Shown: positions 1 through 9,922, numbered from the stretch's first letter. The stretch: DNA of 64,000 bases from an uncultured delta proteobacterium (GCA_963771465.1 CAVYTU010000017.1:672001-736000), one strand, 5' to 3'. The notes: generated by a model from the letters alone, not told the origin. Translations and numbers: made by a program.

Positions 1-855
1 CTCAACGATCAAGGCGGCGTGGTCGACGACGTGATTATTTATCACGTTAAACCCGAGGCGTATTTTATTTGCGTCAACGCGTCGAACATCGAAAAGGATT
101 ATGCCTGGATTCGCGATCACGCGCGGGGCGCCGTCGAAGTCGACAATCAGAGCGCGATGTATGCTCAATTGGCCTTGCAAGGACCGGCGTCGCAAGCGGT
201 TTTGCAGCCGTTAACGGCGCTTAAGCTGGCTGAGTTGAAGTCGTTCCATTTCGCCTTTGCCGACGTTGCGGCGATTCGTTGCATGGTGGCGCGAACCGGA
301 TATACCGGCGAAGACGGCTTCGAGCTGTACTGCCATGCCAAGGATGGCGAAAAATTATGGAACGACTTGCTGTCCGCCGGGGCGCCGGGGGGTTTGGTGC
401 CGGTCGGGTTGGGCGCGCGCGATACGCTGCGATTGGAGAAGGCGTATCCGCTCTATGGCCATGAACTCGACGATAGGACCACACCGTTGGAAGCCGGCTT
501 AGAGTGGGTGACCAAATTGGCCAAACCGGCTTTTATCGGCCGTGAAGTTATTGTTAAGCAGAAGGCCGACGGGGTGCGGCGAAAACTAGTGGGCTTGGAA
601 CTTTTGCAGCCGGGGATTGCCCGCGGTGGTTATCAACTCATCAAAGACGAACGCACCGTTGGCCGCGTTACTAGCGGCACCAAGTCGCCGACGTTGAACA
701 AGGCGATAGCGCTCGGTTACGTCTCCAGTGAAGAATCTCGTGTCGACAACGTGATCGATGTCGAGATTCGCGGCCGCCGGGTGCCGACGAAGATTGTGCC
801 GATACCGTTTTACCGCCGTAAGGGCGTAGCCAAACAGGTTGAAGGAGGTCAGTGA
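1..855 (+). CDS. gcvT: Glycine cleavage T protein (aminomethyltransferase), 5'-truncated by window edge
   Basis: Frame open from base 1 (LNDQGGVVDD); motifs RTGYTGEDGFE and GLGARDTLRLE; followed by H and P genes. Confidence 0.96.
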   Translation, partial: LNDQGGVVDDVIIYHVKPEAYFICVNASNIEKDYAWIRDHARGAVEVDNQSAMYAQLALQGPASQAVLQPLTALKLAELKSFHFAFADVAAIRCMVARTGYTGEDGFELYCHAKDGEKLWNDLLSAGAPGGLVPVGLGARDTLRLEKAYPLYGHELDDRTTPLEAGLEWVTKLAKPAFIGREVIVKQKADGVRRKLVGLELLQPGIARGGYQLIKDERTVGRVTSGTKSPTLNKAIALGYVSSEESRVDNVIDVEIRGRRVPTKIVPIPFYRRKGVAKQVEGGQ

Positions 856-1325
856 TGGAGTTTCCTGAAGGGCTGAAATATTCAAAGGAACACGAATGGG
901 TGTTGGTCGAGGGCAATAGCGCGACGATCGGCATCACGGAATACGCGCAAGAAGAACTTGGCGACATCGTTTACGTTGAGCTGCCGGAAGTCGGCGAGAA
1001 GATCGTCAAGGACGATCCGTTCGGCGCCGTCGAGTCGGTCAAAGCGGTATCGGACATTTACGCGCCGGTGAGCGGTACGGTGTTGGAGATCAACGATGTG
1101 TTACCCGACAATCCGGAAACCATCAACGACGATCCCTACGGCGATGGTTGGATGATCCGCGTCGAGTTGAGCGATAAAGACGATCTCAAGGATTTGATGG
1201 ACGAAGACGAATACGCCGAGTACGTCGCCCAGCAGAAAGAGGAAGAGGACGACGATGAAGACGACGAAGAAGAGGACGACGATGAGGCGGAGGAAGAAGA
1301 CGAGGACAAGGACAAGGATAAATAG
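855..1325 (+). CDS. gcvH: Glycine cleavage H protein with acidic C-terminal tail
   Basis: KYSKEHEW, AQEELGDIVYVELP, lipoyl motif ESVKA, NDDPYGDGW; GGAGG upstream. Confidence 0.96.
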   Translation: MEFPEGLKYSKEHEWVLVEGNSATIGITEYAQEELGDIVYVELPEVGEKIVKDDPFGAVESVKAVSDIYAPVSGTVLEINDVLPDNPETINDDPYGDGWMIRVELSDKDDLKDLMDEDEYAEYVAQQKEEEDDDEDDEEEDDDEAEEEDEDKDKDK

Positions 1326-1346
1326 GCGCGCAAGCGGGCGAATCTG

Positions 1347-2693
1347 ATGCGCTACACGCCGCATACTCCTGCCGATCTGGAGCGCATGCTTGCGACCATC
1401 GGACTCAGCTCGGTCGACGAGCTTTATCGCCATATTCCCCAAACTCTGCGTGAGCGCGCTAAAATCGACCTGCCGGATGGTTTGACCGAACTCGCCGTGC
1501 GCCGGCACTTGATGGCGCTGGCGGCTGGTAATGCCAACGCGGGCGATTGGAGTTTTTTTCTTGGCGGCGGGATCTACCATCATTTTATTCCGAGCGCGGT
1601 GGATGCGATCATTTCGCGCTCAGAGTTCGCTACGTCTTATACGCCCTATCAGCCGGAGGTGAGCCAGGGCACGCTGCAAGCGCTGTTCGAATACCAGACG
1701 CTGATTTGCCAACTGACGGGCATGGAAGTTTCCAACGCGGCGGTTTATGACGGCGCGTCGGCGGTGGCGGAAGCGGTGCTCATGTCGCGCCGGATACAAC
1801 CGTCGCGCCGGCGCCGCGTGTTGGTTTCGCGCGCGCTCCATCCGCAATACCGCGCAGTGGTGGCTTGCTATTTAAAAAATCTTTCCGACATCCAACTCCA
1901 AGAGATTCCCTTCGATGGCAGCGGCGGAACTGATATCGCGCAGCTCAAAAGCGAGTTGAACGACCAATCGATGTGCGTCGTGGTTGGCTATCCCAATTTC
2001 TTCGGTGTGATTGAAGATCTCGCCTCGATCAAATCCCTCGCAGCCGAGGCCGGGGCGCAGGTCATTGCGGTGACCAGCGAGCCGTTGGCGTTGGCGCTGC
2101 TCAAGCCGCCGGGCGAGTTCGGCGTCGATATCGCGGTGGGCGAGGGACAAAGCCTCGGCGTGCCGATGAATCTGGGCGGGCCGGCCTTTGGTTTTTTTGC
2201 CTGTCAGAAAAAATTTGTTCGCAACATTCCTGGCCGCTTGGTCGGCGCGACTGTCGATAGCCAAGAGCGGCGCGGCTACGTGCTGACGCTGGCGACCCGG
2301 GAGCAGCATATTCGGCGGGAGAAGGCGACATCCAATATCTGCACCAGCCAAACCCTGTGCGCATTGGGTGCTACGGTTTATATGTCGCTCTTGGGCAAGT
2401 CCGGCTTGCGGCGCATCGCCGAGATCAATCTGGCGCGCGCCCACAGCGCTGCAGATCAATTAGTGGAGCAGGCGAAACTTGAACGGGTTTTCAGCGCGCC
2501 ATTCTTCAACGAGTTCGTCCTGCGCGGCAAAGAGTTGCCACGGCTCTTTGGCCGCTGCGGGGAGCGAAAAATCATCCCTGGCATCGAGCTGGCTCAATGG
2601 TATCCCGAGTTAGCGGACAGTTTTCTAGTCTGCGTCACTGAAATGAACGAGCGAGAGGAAATCGACCGGCTTGTCCGAACTGTCGCAGGATAA
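1347..2693 (+). CDS. gcvPA: Glycine dehydrogenase subunit 1
   Basis: SYTPYQPEVSQG and REQHIRREKATSNICT motifs. Confidence 0.95.
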   Translation: MRYTPHTPADLERMLATIGLSSVDELYRHIPQTLRERAKIDLPDGLTELAVRRHLMALAAGNANAGDWSFFLGGGIYHHFIPSAVDAIISRSEFATSYTPYQPEVSQGTLQALFEYQTLICQLTGMEVSNAAVYDGASAVAEAVLMSRRIQPSRRRRVLVSRALHPQYRAVVACYLKNLSDIQLQEIPFDGSGGTDIAQLKSELNDQSMCVVVGYPNFFGVIEDLASIKSLAAEAGAQVIAVTSEPLALALLKPPGEFGVDIAVGEGQSLGVPMNLGGPAFGFFACQKKFVRNIPGRLVGATVDSQERRGYVLTLATREQHIRREKATSNICTSQTLCALGATVYMSLLGKSGLRRIAEINLARAHSAADQLVEQAKLERVFSAPFFNEFVLRGKELPRLFGRCGERKIIPGIELAQWYPELADSFLVCVTEMNEREEIDRLVRTVAG

Positions 2694-4167
2694 AAAGCGT
2701 TCGCGAGTTGCCGAGCCTCGGCTGATCTTCGAGAGCGGCTCGCCGGGACGAAGCGCCGTCGAGTGGCCTGCTGAAGTTGGCGATATCGCTGCGCTTGTTC
2801 CAGCGTCACTATTGCGCGACGACATCCCCGGCTTTCCCGAACTCGGCGAGCTTGAAGTGCTACGCCACTTTACCCGCATCTCGCAGCGCAACTTCGCCAT
2901 CGAGAGCCAGTTCTACCCGCTCGGCTCTTGTACCATGAAGTACAATCCGAAGATCAACGAAGCGGTGGCGCGCCTGCCCGGCTTCGCTGCAATCCATCCG
3001 CTCGCACCGACGCAGTTGCTCCAGGGTGCGCTGGCGCTGCTCTACGATCTGGAAAAAATGTTGGCCGAGATCAGCGCAATGGAGTACGTAAGCTTGCAGC
3101 CTTCCGCCGGCGCCCAGGGTGAGCTCACCGGGCTGATGCTGATCCGCGCCTGTCTGGCCGAGCGAGGCAATCCGCGGCAAAAAATCATCGTGCCGGACAC
3201 GGCGCACGGCACCAATCCGGCGAGCTCGACGTTATGCGGCTACGACGTAATGCAAATTTCCTCCAACGCGCGCGGCGTCATCGATGCAGCGGCCGTGGAA
3301 AAAGTGATGGACGAGGAGGTCGCCGCGGTGATGATCACCAATCCGAATACCCTCGGGCTGTTTGAAACCAATATCGAAGCGGTGGCTGCAGTCGTCCACG
3401 GCAAAGGCGGCATGGTTTATCTCGACGGCGCCAACTTGAATGCGCTCATGGGCATCGCCAAGCCGGGTCATATGGGCGTCGATGTTTTGCACATGAATTT
3501 GCACAAGACTTTTTCCACACCGCACGGCGGCGGCGGGCCCGGCGCCGGGCCGGTGGCCGTCAAAGCCCAGTTGCGCGACTACTTGCCGGCGCCGCGCGTA
3601 GTGAAGACCGGCGAGCAGTTTCGGCTTCTGGAAGACTGCCCGAAGTCGGTGGGCAGGGTGCGCTCGTATTTCGGCAACTTTGGCGTGTTGGTGCGCGCTT
3701 ATACTTATATTCTTTCTCTCGGCGGCGCTGGGCTCGAAGAGGTGAGCCGAATGGCGCTTCTCAACGCCAACTACATTCGCAAGAAATTAGAAAAAGCTTA
3801 TCAGATCGCCTATGACCAGCCGTGCATGCACGAGTGCATATTTACCGACCGTATGCAGCACAAGAATGGCGTGAGCACCCTCGATATCGCCAAGCGTTTG
3901 CTCGATTATGGCTACCATCCGCCGACGATTTATTTTCCCTTGGTGGTATCCGGTGCCTTGATGATCGAGCCCACCGAGACTGAAACTCCAGGGACCCTCG
4001 ACGGTTTTATCGACGCCATGCTGGCGATCGCCCAAGAAGCGAAAGACGATCCGGAGTTGGTGCAGAGCGCGCCCCACTCGACGCCGGTGGGTCGATTGGA
4101 TGAAGCGCGCGCGGCGCGCAAGCCCGTGCTGCGTTGGGAGCCAGGTTCGTCGGGGGGTGAGTCCTAG
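2671..4167 (+). CDS. gcvPB: Glycine dehydrogenase subunit 2
   Basis: PLGSCTMKYNP; PLP motif NLHKTFSTPHGGGGPG. Confidence 0.95.
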   Translation: MSELSQDKKRSRVAEPRLIFESGSPGRSAVEWPAEVGDIAALVPASLLRDDIPGFPELGELEVLRHFTRISQRNFAIESQFYPLGSCTMKYNPKINEAVARLPGFAAIHPLAPTQLLQGALALLYDLEKMLAEISAMEYVSLQPSAGAQGELTGLMLIRACLAERGNPRQKIIVPDTAHGTNPASSTLCGYDVMQISSNARGVIDAAAVEKVMDEEVAAVMITNPNTLGLFETNIEAVAAVVHGKGGMVYLDGANLNALMGIAKPGHMGVDVLHMNLHKTFSTPHGGGGPGAGPVAVKAQLRDYLPAPRVVKTGEQFRLLEDCPKSVGRVRSYFGNFGVLVRAYTYILSLGGAGLEEVSRMALLNANYIRKKLEKAYQIAYDQPCMHECIFTDRMQHKNGVSTLDIAKRLLDYGYHPPTIYFPLVVSGALMIEPTETETPGTLDGFIDAMLAIAQEAKDDPELVQSAPHSTPVGRLDEARAARKPVLRWEPGSSGGES

Positions 4168-4432
4168 CCCGGGTTATTCGCGCCGGCCGCGATCGAGCGG
4201 CAACCCATTCAGAGCGAAGGCAAAGCGGCTGTACGTTGAAAATGCACCGCGGTGCGTTACTTATGAAACTAGCGGCGAGAAGGTCAAACATCGTGCCGAG
4301 GCGCCGAGCGGGAAATGAAACATTCGCACTGGTGCCTTCGCTCGACGTTTAGCTTCTTTGGGGTCACACCTCGATCGACAGAACGTCGTGAGTTTTTCTC
4401 GAAGCATGAATGATCCGGCTAAGCTCGCGCAA

Positions 4433-5206
4433 TCAGCGCGTGTAGCGATAATTCAAGCGATTGTCGTGGTATTCCATCGCCGCGGAGATCGATAGCGGGA
4501 CGGGCTTAATCCACGTCGGTATCGGTGGAAACGGCGCCGCGGCTCGGATCGCGCGTACGGCTTCTTGGTCAAGCAGTTCAGATCCGGAGGAGCGCACCAC
4601 TCGTAAATGTTCCAGTCGACCGTCGGCGCCGATAGCAAATTCCAATGCTAAGCGGCCCTGCAAACCATAGCGAAGCGCCATTTCCGGATATTCCCACTGA
4701 ACTTCGATGGACTGCTTGATCTTGGTGAAATAGTTGACATAGATCGGGTCTTTGGTGTTAAGGCTGATGGGCGCGTTGGCGCGGGCGTTCGATGTCGAAA
4801 ACGTCGCCGAGGGCAGTAAGTCCTTAACTGACGGCAGTGGGCGCTCGACGACAACCGTCTTCTCGGCAATCGATTCCGATGCGATCGGCGGCGGCTCCTC
4901 GCGGATTTTTTCCACCGGCGCAGGCTTTTCGCGCATAGTCGACGGCAGATCCTTTGGCGCCCGGGCGCTGTCTTTTTTTGCGATGATCGTCGGTGTCTTG
5001 GCTGCGCGAGTCGCCGGGGCAGACTTCGGGGCGCGGATCACTGGGCTGGATTGCCGTTCCAATGGTGGCGCGAGGGTTACGGGAATCGCATTATGCTCCG
5101 GCGGCCGGTCTACTAGGCCCGGCGCTTTTAGGATCACCAAGGCCAGGGTGTGAATCACCAACGATAGAACGAAGAATCGAGAGAGGGTTGTGTGCAAGAG
5201 TGTCAC
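4433..5206 (-). CDS. TonB-family energy transducer
   Basis: N-terminal TM with S..H, Pro/Lys-rich linker, TonB_C domain (YPEMA..GLQG; SSGSELLDQEAVRAIR). Confidence 0.85.
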   Translation of the reverse strand: MTLLHTTLSRFFVLSLVIHTLALVILKAPGLVDRPPEHNAIPVTLAPPLERQSSPVIRAPKSAPATRAAKTPTIIAKKDSARAPKDLPSTMREKPAPVEKIREEPPPIASESIAEKTVVVERPLPSVKDLLPSATFSTSNARANAPISLNTKDPIYVNYFTKIKQSIEVQWEYPEMALRYGLQGRLALEFAIGADGRLEHLRVVRSSGSELLDQEAVRAIRAAAPFPPIPTWIKPVPLSISAAMEYHDNRLNYRYTR

Positions 5207-5297
5207 GGGGGTATATTATCGTCTCTCTAGGCGACGGCAAGCGCGCCGCTGAAATTTGGTCCTGCCGTCCAATTTCTCTCTAGCGAGAGGAGGCTTG

Positions 5298-5477
5298 ATG
5301 TTCGGACTTGGCATTGGTGAACTCTTAGTCATTTTGGTGATCGTCGTAGTGCTGTTCAGCCGCCGCCTGCCCGACCTCGGTGAAGGTCTGGGCAAGAGTA
5401 TCAAGAAGTTTCGCAAAGCGGTCAACGACAATGACGAGATCGATATCACACCGAAGAACGATTCCGGTAAGTCCTAG
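5298..5477 (+). CDS. tatA: Twin-arginine translocase TatA/E subunit
   Basis: [38 protein letters not shown]; GGAGG before ATG 5298. Confidence 0.88.
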   Translation: MFGLGIGELLVILVIVVVLFSRRLPDLGEGLGKSIKKFRKAVNDNDEIDITPKNDSGKS

Positions 5478-5494
5478 GGCGCGCTGAATTTCGC

Positions 5495-6586
5495 TTAGAC
5501 CTCGCTGTCCGCAAGCACCACTTCGCAGGTAACGTCTTTGGCGCTTTTCGTCGACTTTAAAAATACGATTGCGAAAGGTATCGAGTCGCCGGGCGGCAAT
5601 TCGAAACTTTTGAGCGGCTTCAGGTTTTGCAAATGGGGAATATCTTCAACCGTCATGCCACGTAAAATTTTCGCCGACAGGGTGTTGCCGACCCAGGTCG
5701 ATTGCTGCTCCAGTTCTGTGCCCGCCTCATTGAAAACCTTCCCCGTGAGCTGAACTTCACGGATGACAACCGGATTTTGATTGAGCGCGATTCCGGTCAT
5801 GACGAAGACTTCGCGGTTACCCTGAATCGCTTGATAGCCGCCGCGCAGCGACTGGATCAATATACCGTCCTTGAGGTGCGTATTTTTGAGCACACTTGGA
5901 CCGAGGAGCGGGATATTTTTGATGAAGCCTTCCGATGCCTTGGGATGAGCGTGGGTGATCACGGCGAGCAGCGAAAAGACGATCACCAGCAGGCCGAGGA
6001 GCGTGATGTAGGGAAGAATCGACGCCTGTTGATCCATGTACGATGACATCGGCAAGATGTTGTTGCCGTCATCGCCGTCCGCGTCGCTATAGGCCGCCGG
6101 AAATAACGGATCGTCGACTTTAAATCGCTCGGCTATATCGAGGGGTTTCGCGCGCGGCGGACTCGACGGCAGTTCGGATAACGTGAAGGGATCGTCTGCT
6201 TTGCCTTCGCTCTCGCTCATCGACCATCGTTCATCGTCGGCGGAATTTTTGAACTCCTCCCCTACTTCGGTAACATGCGGTGCCGCGAAATCGCTCTGCG
6301 GCGGCGTTTTCAACGGCGCCGATTCGGCCGGTGGTATTTTTTTGACATCCTCGGGGCGCTCGTCGGCTTTCGGGGCGAAGGAAAAACTCAACTCTGGATC
6401 GGGTGGCGATACTTCATTTTTCTCGTCGTCGTCCACGAACGGTTCGCGCGGCGCATCGCTCGGCTCGTTGGCTTCGAGCTCGAAGGTGTGTTTACAGCGC
6501 GAGCAGCGAAATGCCGGCGCTGCACCTTTGAGCACGTCGTCGGCGACCTTGTAGGTCGTCTTGCAATTAGGACATTGAACCAGCAT
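5495..6586 (-). CDS. Zinc-ribbon (MJ0042-type) / DUF3426-like membrane protein
   Basis: N-terminal CPNC...CSRC, acidic/Pro linker, one TM, C-terminal beta domain; AAGGA before ATG 6586. Confidence 0.8.
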   Translation of the reverse strand: MLVQCPNCKTTYKVADDVLKGAAPAFRCSRCKHTFELEANEPSDAPREPFVDDDEKNEVSPPDPELSFSFAPKADERPEDVKKIPPAESAPLKTPPQSDFAAPHVTEVGEEFKNSADDERWSMSESEGKADDPFTLSELPSSPPRAKPLDIAERFKVDDPLFPAAYSDADGDDGNNILPMSSYMDQQASILPYITLLGLLVIVFSLLAVITHAHPKASEGFIKNIPLLGPSVLKNTHLKDGILIQSLRGGYQAIQGNREVFVMTGIALNQNPVVIREVQLTGKVFNEAGTELEQQSTWVGNTLSAKILRGMTVEDIPHLQNLKPLKSFELPPGDSIPFAIVFLKSTKSAKDVTCEVVLADSEV

Positions 6587-6703
6587 AGATGTTTCCTTCG
6601 TTAGGTTTGGACCGAGCACGATATAAATCCAAAGAAGTCTTTGTAATTTTAGAAGAATTCGCGAAAACATCAAGGTTAAATACTATTTTGCTGTTTTACT
6701 GGC

Positions 6704-6731
6704 TGAATAACCCTTCTAGTTAGGCGTCTAA
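6704..6731 (+). promoter_or_regulatory. Possible autoregulatory ECF promoter (TGAAT-N16-CGTCTAA)
   Basis: ECF-like -35/-10 spacing just upstream of the ECF sigma gene. Confidence 0.3.
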
Positions 6732-6743
6732 TAGGCAGGGATC

Positions 6744-7298
6744 GTGGATCTGAGCGATAGGGAACTGGTTCAGAAGTGCCAAGCCGGCGAGATGAATGCT
6801 TTCCAAGATCTCGTCTCGCGCTATCACCAGAAGGTTTACATGGTGATCCTTGGTCTGTTACGCAACCGTGAGGATGCGCTGGAGGTCGCCCAGGAAACTT
6901 TTTTTCGCGCCTTTCGAAAGATCAACAGTTTTCAAGGCGACTCGTCTTTTTACACTTGGATTTATCGAATCGCCGTTAACATGTCGATTGACGCGCAGCG
7001 GCGCCAGAAGAGAAATCCACTGGACTTTCGCGCGTCCATGGATACCGTGTTGGAAGCTCAGAACGAAACGGCGAAGGATCCCTTTGGTGATGTTCATGAC
7101 AAGGAACTGCGCGAGGGTTTGATCAAAGCGATCAACGACCTAACTCCGGAACACAAAGCGGTCATCGTGCTGCGAACGATTGAAGGGCGATCTTATAAAG
7201 ACATTGGCGAGATCCTCGGCTGCTCCGAAGGTACGGTGATGAGCCGGCTGCATTACGCGAGAAAAAAATTGCAAGGTAAGTTGAGCGAATTTTTATGA
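6744..7298 (+). CDS. ECF RNA polymerase sigma-70 factor
   Basis: DALEVAQETF, FYTWIYRIAVN, region 4 SYKDIGEILGCSEGTVMSRLHYAR. Confidence 0.95.
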   Translation: MDLSDRELVQKCQAGEMNAFQDLVSRYHQKVYMVILGLLRNREDALEVAQETFFRAFRKINSFQGDSSFYTWIYRIAVNMSIDAQRRQKRNPLDFRASMDTVLEAQNETAKDPFGDVHDKELREGLIKAINDLTPEHKAVIVLRTIEGRSYKDIGEILGCSEGTVMSRLHYARKKLQGKLSEFL

Positions 7299-7837
7299 CG
7301 AACTGTGAGAACATCCGAGACTCCATCGGCCGTTGGCTCGACGGCGAGTTGACCCCGAGTGAAAGCGCGGCAGTCCAGGCTCATGTGGCGACTTGCGCCG
7401 AGTGCGCCGAAGCGCGTCGCCAGCTGGAAAGCCTGCAGCGGGCATTGACTGGAGTTTTGGTCGCCGATCCCGCGCCCATCGAATTCATGCCCTTCTGGCG
7501 CGAAGTGCAGCGTCGAATCAATTTAAAGCGCGCCTGGTATGAAGACATTTCGGAATGGGCGCGCGAGTTTTTTACCGCACCGAGAGTCGCGTGGAGCGTG
7601 CCTGTGGCGATCGTTCTGCTGCTCGCCGTCTTTTCGCTAGATTCGTACTTCCCAGGAAACCCCTTCGGCGGTAGTCGCAACAGTTTTGCTTCGGTGGAGT
7701 CGATCGACGCGTATGGACGGAGCGTGGCGCTCTTGCGTGAAAACGAGAGCAAGACTACTGTAATCTGGCTCTATCAAAACGAAGAAGGTGAAGATGAAAC
7801 TGGCGAAGATGGCGCCAAGTCTGGCCCTACTTTTTAG
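7295..7837 (+). CDS. Zinc-binding (ZAS, zf-HC2) anti-sigma factor
   Basis: LDGEL...HVATCAEC (HxxxCxxC), one TM, ATGA overlap with the sigma gene. Confidence 0.9.
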   Translation: MTNCENIRDSIGRWLDGELTPSESAAVQAHVATCAECAEARRQLESLQRALTGVLVADPAPIEFMPFWREVQRRINLKRAWYEDISEWAREFFTAPRVAWSVPVAIVLLLAVFSLDSYFPGNPFGGSRNSFASVESIDAYGRSVALLRENESKTTVIWLYQNEEGEDETGEDGAKSGPTF

Positions 7838-8261
7838 TCTTTCGCTCATTGCCCAGCAGGATTTCGCCGGCGCGGCGGAGAAAAATCCCCAGTCGGTGCA
7901 AGTGACGATTCGGACGATTTTGGCGGAGAATAAAAATGACGAATTCGATGCCAAGCTCAAGGGCATGGAGCAGCAGCTCAAATCGCTTAAATACCGTTCC
8001 TATCGATCTTTGAAAGATGACACTAAGTCAGTGCCGTGGCAGGGGACGCAATCCTTCGACATCCCCGGCGGACGAACCCTGACCGTCATGCCCCAGGAGT
8101 TTCAAGACAACCGCATCTCGCTCAAAGTGCGTCTGACCCAAGGCGACAAGCCGGTGGTCGACACTACGGTGAAGATTGCCAACAAGGGAAATTTTATTCT
8201 CGGTGGACCGCCCCATGACGGCGGCACTTTGGTGCTGTCAATTTCCGCTGCGGCGCAGTAG
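7788..8261 (+). CDS. Exported hypothetical protein, third gene of ECF operon (start uncertain)
   Basis: Signal-peptide-like N-terminus; overlaps anti-sigma end. Confidence 0.7.
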   Translation: MKMKLAKMAPSLALLFSLSLIAQQDFAGAAEKNPQSVQVTIRTILAENKNDEFDAKLKGMEQQLKSLKYRSYRSLKDDTKSVPWQGTQSFDIPGGRTLTVMPQEFQDNRISLKVRLTQGDKPVVDTTVKIANKGNFILGGPPHDGGTLVLSISAAAQ

Positions 8262-8275
8262 CCGCGTTCATCGCT

Positions 8276-8524
8276 TCACTTCTTGCCGATCGGTTCCACA
8301 CTCACGCCTTTTCGTTTGAGCCAGGCGATCGCCTTAGCGATCTCACCGTCCTTGCCATCGAAATCCAACTCCACCAGTGCCATCGCGGACGTCACGGTGG
8401 AGCCGCGGATATTGAAGACAACGTCGAACTGCTTCGCTAACAGGCTCAGGACCGGCTCGTTAATCAATTTCCTTGGAAACGTCAGATGAACTCGCTGGCG
8501 GGTTGGGATCGGTTTTGACGCCAT
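8276..8524 (-). CDS. NIL-domain (ACT-like) protein
   Basis: LTFP...EPVLSLLAKQFDVVFNIRG...AIAWLKRKGVSVE. Confidence 0.85.
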   Translation of the reverse strand: MASKPIPTRQRVHLTFPRKLINEPVLSLLAKQFDVVFNIRGSTVTSAMALVELDFDGKDGEIAKAIAWLKRKGVSVEPIGKK

Positions 8525-8531
8525 AACAAGT

Positions 8532-9533
8532 TTAGATCGAAAATTTCATTTTACCGACCGCCATACGATCGCGCCATCCGACCCACAGGTTGGTCGTCAA
8601 ATACTTATCCCCAAAGTCGGGAAAGATCGTAACCACGGTGCCCGTCTCTAGCTTGCGGGCGACCTTGAGCGCGGCAAAAAGCGCCGCGCCGGATGACTGG
8701 CCGACAAGCACGCCTTCTTCCTGACTCAAGCGATAAACCATCGCGTAAGCATCTTCGGTCGATACGGGAAATTTCCCGTCGAGCTTCTCTTCGTGATAGA
8801 TGCCCGGCACGATGGAGCTCGCCATATGTTTTAAACCTTCCAGCCCATGAAGCGCGTCGTCCGGTTCCACCGCGATCACTTGAATATCAGGATTGACTTC
8901 TTTTAAGTAGCGGCCGACTCCCATGATTGTGCCGCCGGTGCCGATGCCGGCTAGGAAATGAGTAATCTTGCCATCGGTTTGGCGGTAAATTTCCGGTCCG
9001 GTGTTTTCGTAATGAGCCTCGGGATTCATCGGATTAAAATATTGGTCCGGCTTATAATATTTTTCCGGGTCGGCCTCGATGATTTGTCGGCACAGGCGAA
9101 TCGCGCCGTCGGAACCCTCCATGGGATCGCTGAAAGTCACTTTGGCCCCGTACGCGTTGATAATTATTTTGCGCTCGTTGCTGACGTTGGCGGGAATTAC
9201 CAATTCCACCGGATAGCCGAGCACGCTGCCGATCATCGCCAGCGCAATACCGGTGTTTCCCGAAGTCGAATCGAGGATCGTTTTGCCGGCGTGCAGCTTG
9301 CCGCTGCGCAAGCCTTCTTGCACCATGCGCCATGCTGGGCGGTCTTTAACCGAGCCACCGGGGTTGAGGCCTTCGAGCTTGGCGTAAACTTTGACTCGCG
9401 CCGGAATACCGTCGGTGATCCTTTGGATTTCCAGCAAAGGCGTGTTGCCGATCAGATCGAGAACCGACTCAACTTTCTTCGGCGCCTTGGTCGGTGACTG
9501 CACCAGGCGCAGATTCGGCAACGTTGCGCTCAT
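8532..9533 (-). CDS. PLP-dependent cysteine synthase (CysM/sulfur-carrier type)
   Basis: IGNTPL, KLEGLNPGGSVKDR, TSGNTG, GIGTGGT. Confidence 0.9.
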   Translation of the reverse strand: MSATLPNLRLVQSPTKAPKKVESVLDLIGNTPLLEIQRITDGIPARVKVYAKLEGLNPGGSVKDRPAWRMVQEGLRSGKLHAGKTILDSTSGNTGIALAMIGSVLGYPVELVIPANVSNERKIIINAYGAKVTFSDPMEGSDGAIRLCRQIIEADPEKYYKPDQYFNPMNPEAHYENTGPEIYRQTDGKITHFLAGIGTGGTIMGVGRYLKEVNPDIQVIAVEPDDALHGLEGLKHMASSIVPGIYHEEKLDGKFPVSTEDAYAMVYRLSQEEGVLVGQSSGAALFAALKVARKLETGTVVTIFPDFGDKYLTTNLWVGWRDRMAVGKMKFSI

Positions 9534-9551
9534 GATCGATCCAGAAAGGTC

Positions 9552-9830
9552 TCAACGGCCGCCGGCGATGGCGGGCACGATGGAAATACTGTCGCCTTCT
9601 TTGAGACCGGTATCGAGATTTTGCAAGAAGCGAATGTCGTCGCCGTTGACGTAGACGTTGACAAAGCGGCGCACCTTGCCGGACTCGTCGCAGATCCGTT
9701 CTTTGATGCCGGGATAATTTTTTTCTAAGTCGTCGACCAGCGCCTTGATGTTGCCGCCCAGCGCGTTGACTTCATCGGCGCCCTGGGTGTACTTGCGCAG
9801 CGGTGTGGGAACACGAACTCGCACTGCCAT
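9552..9830 (-). CDS. MoaD/ThiS/CysO-like ubiquitin-like sulfur carrier ending -AGGR
   Basis: VRVPTPLR, FVNVYVNGDDIRFL, IVPAIAGG-R; AGGAGG RBS. Confidence 0.92.
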   Translation of the reverse strand: MAVRVRVPTPLRKYTQGADEVNALGGNIKALVDDLEKNYPGIKERICDESGKVRRFVNVYVNGDDIRFLQNLDTGLKEGDSISIVPAIAGGR

Positions 9831-9922
9831 AATTGTCCTCCTAAAAAACTCAAACTTGAATGATACGCCTAGAATAGTCCTCCGCCGGGCCCCTTTCAAG
9901 GCAAGCGGCGCGGCCGAGTCTT

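Noticed and set aside
1136-1333. Poly-Ser ORF
   Set aside because: Antisense of the gcvH acidic tail
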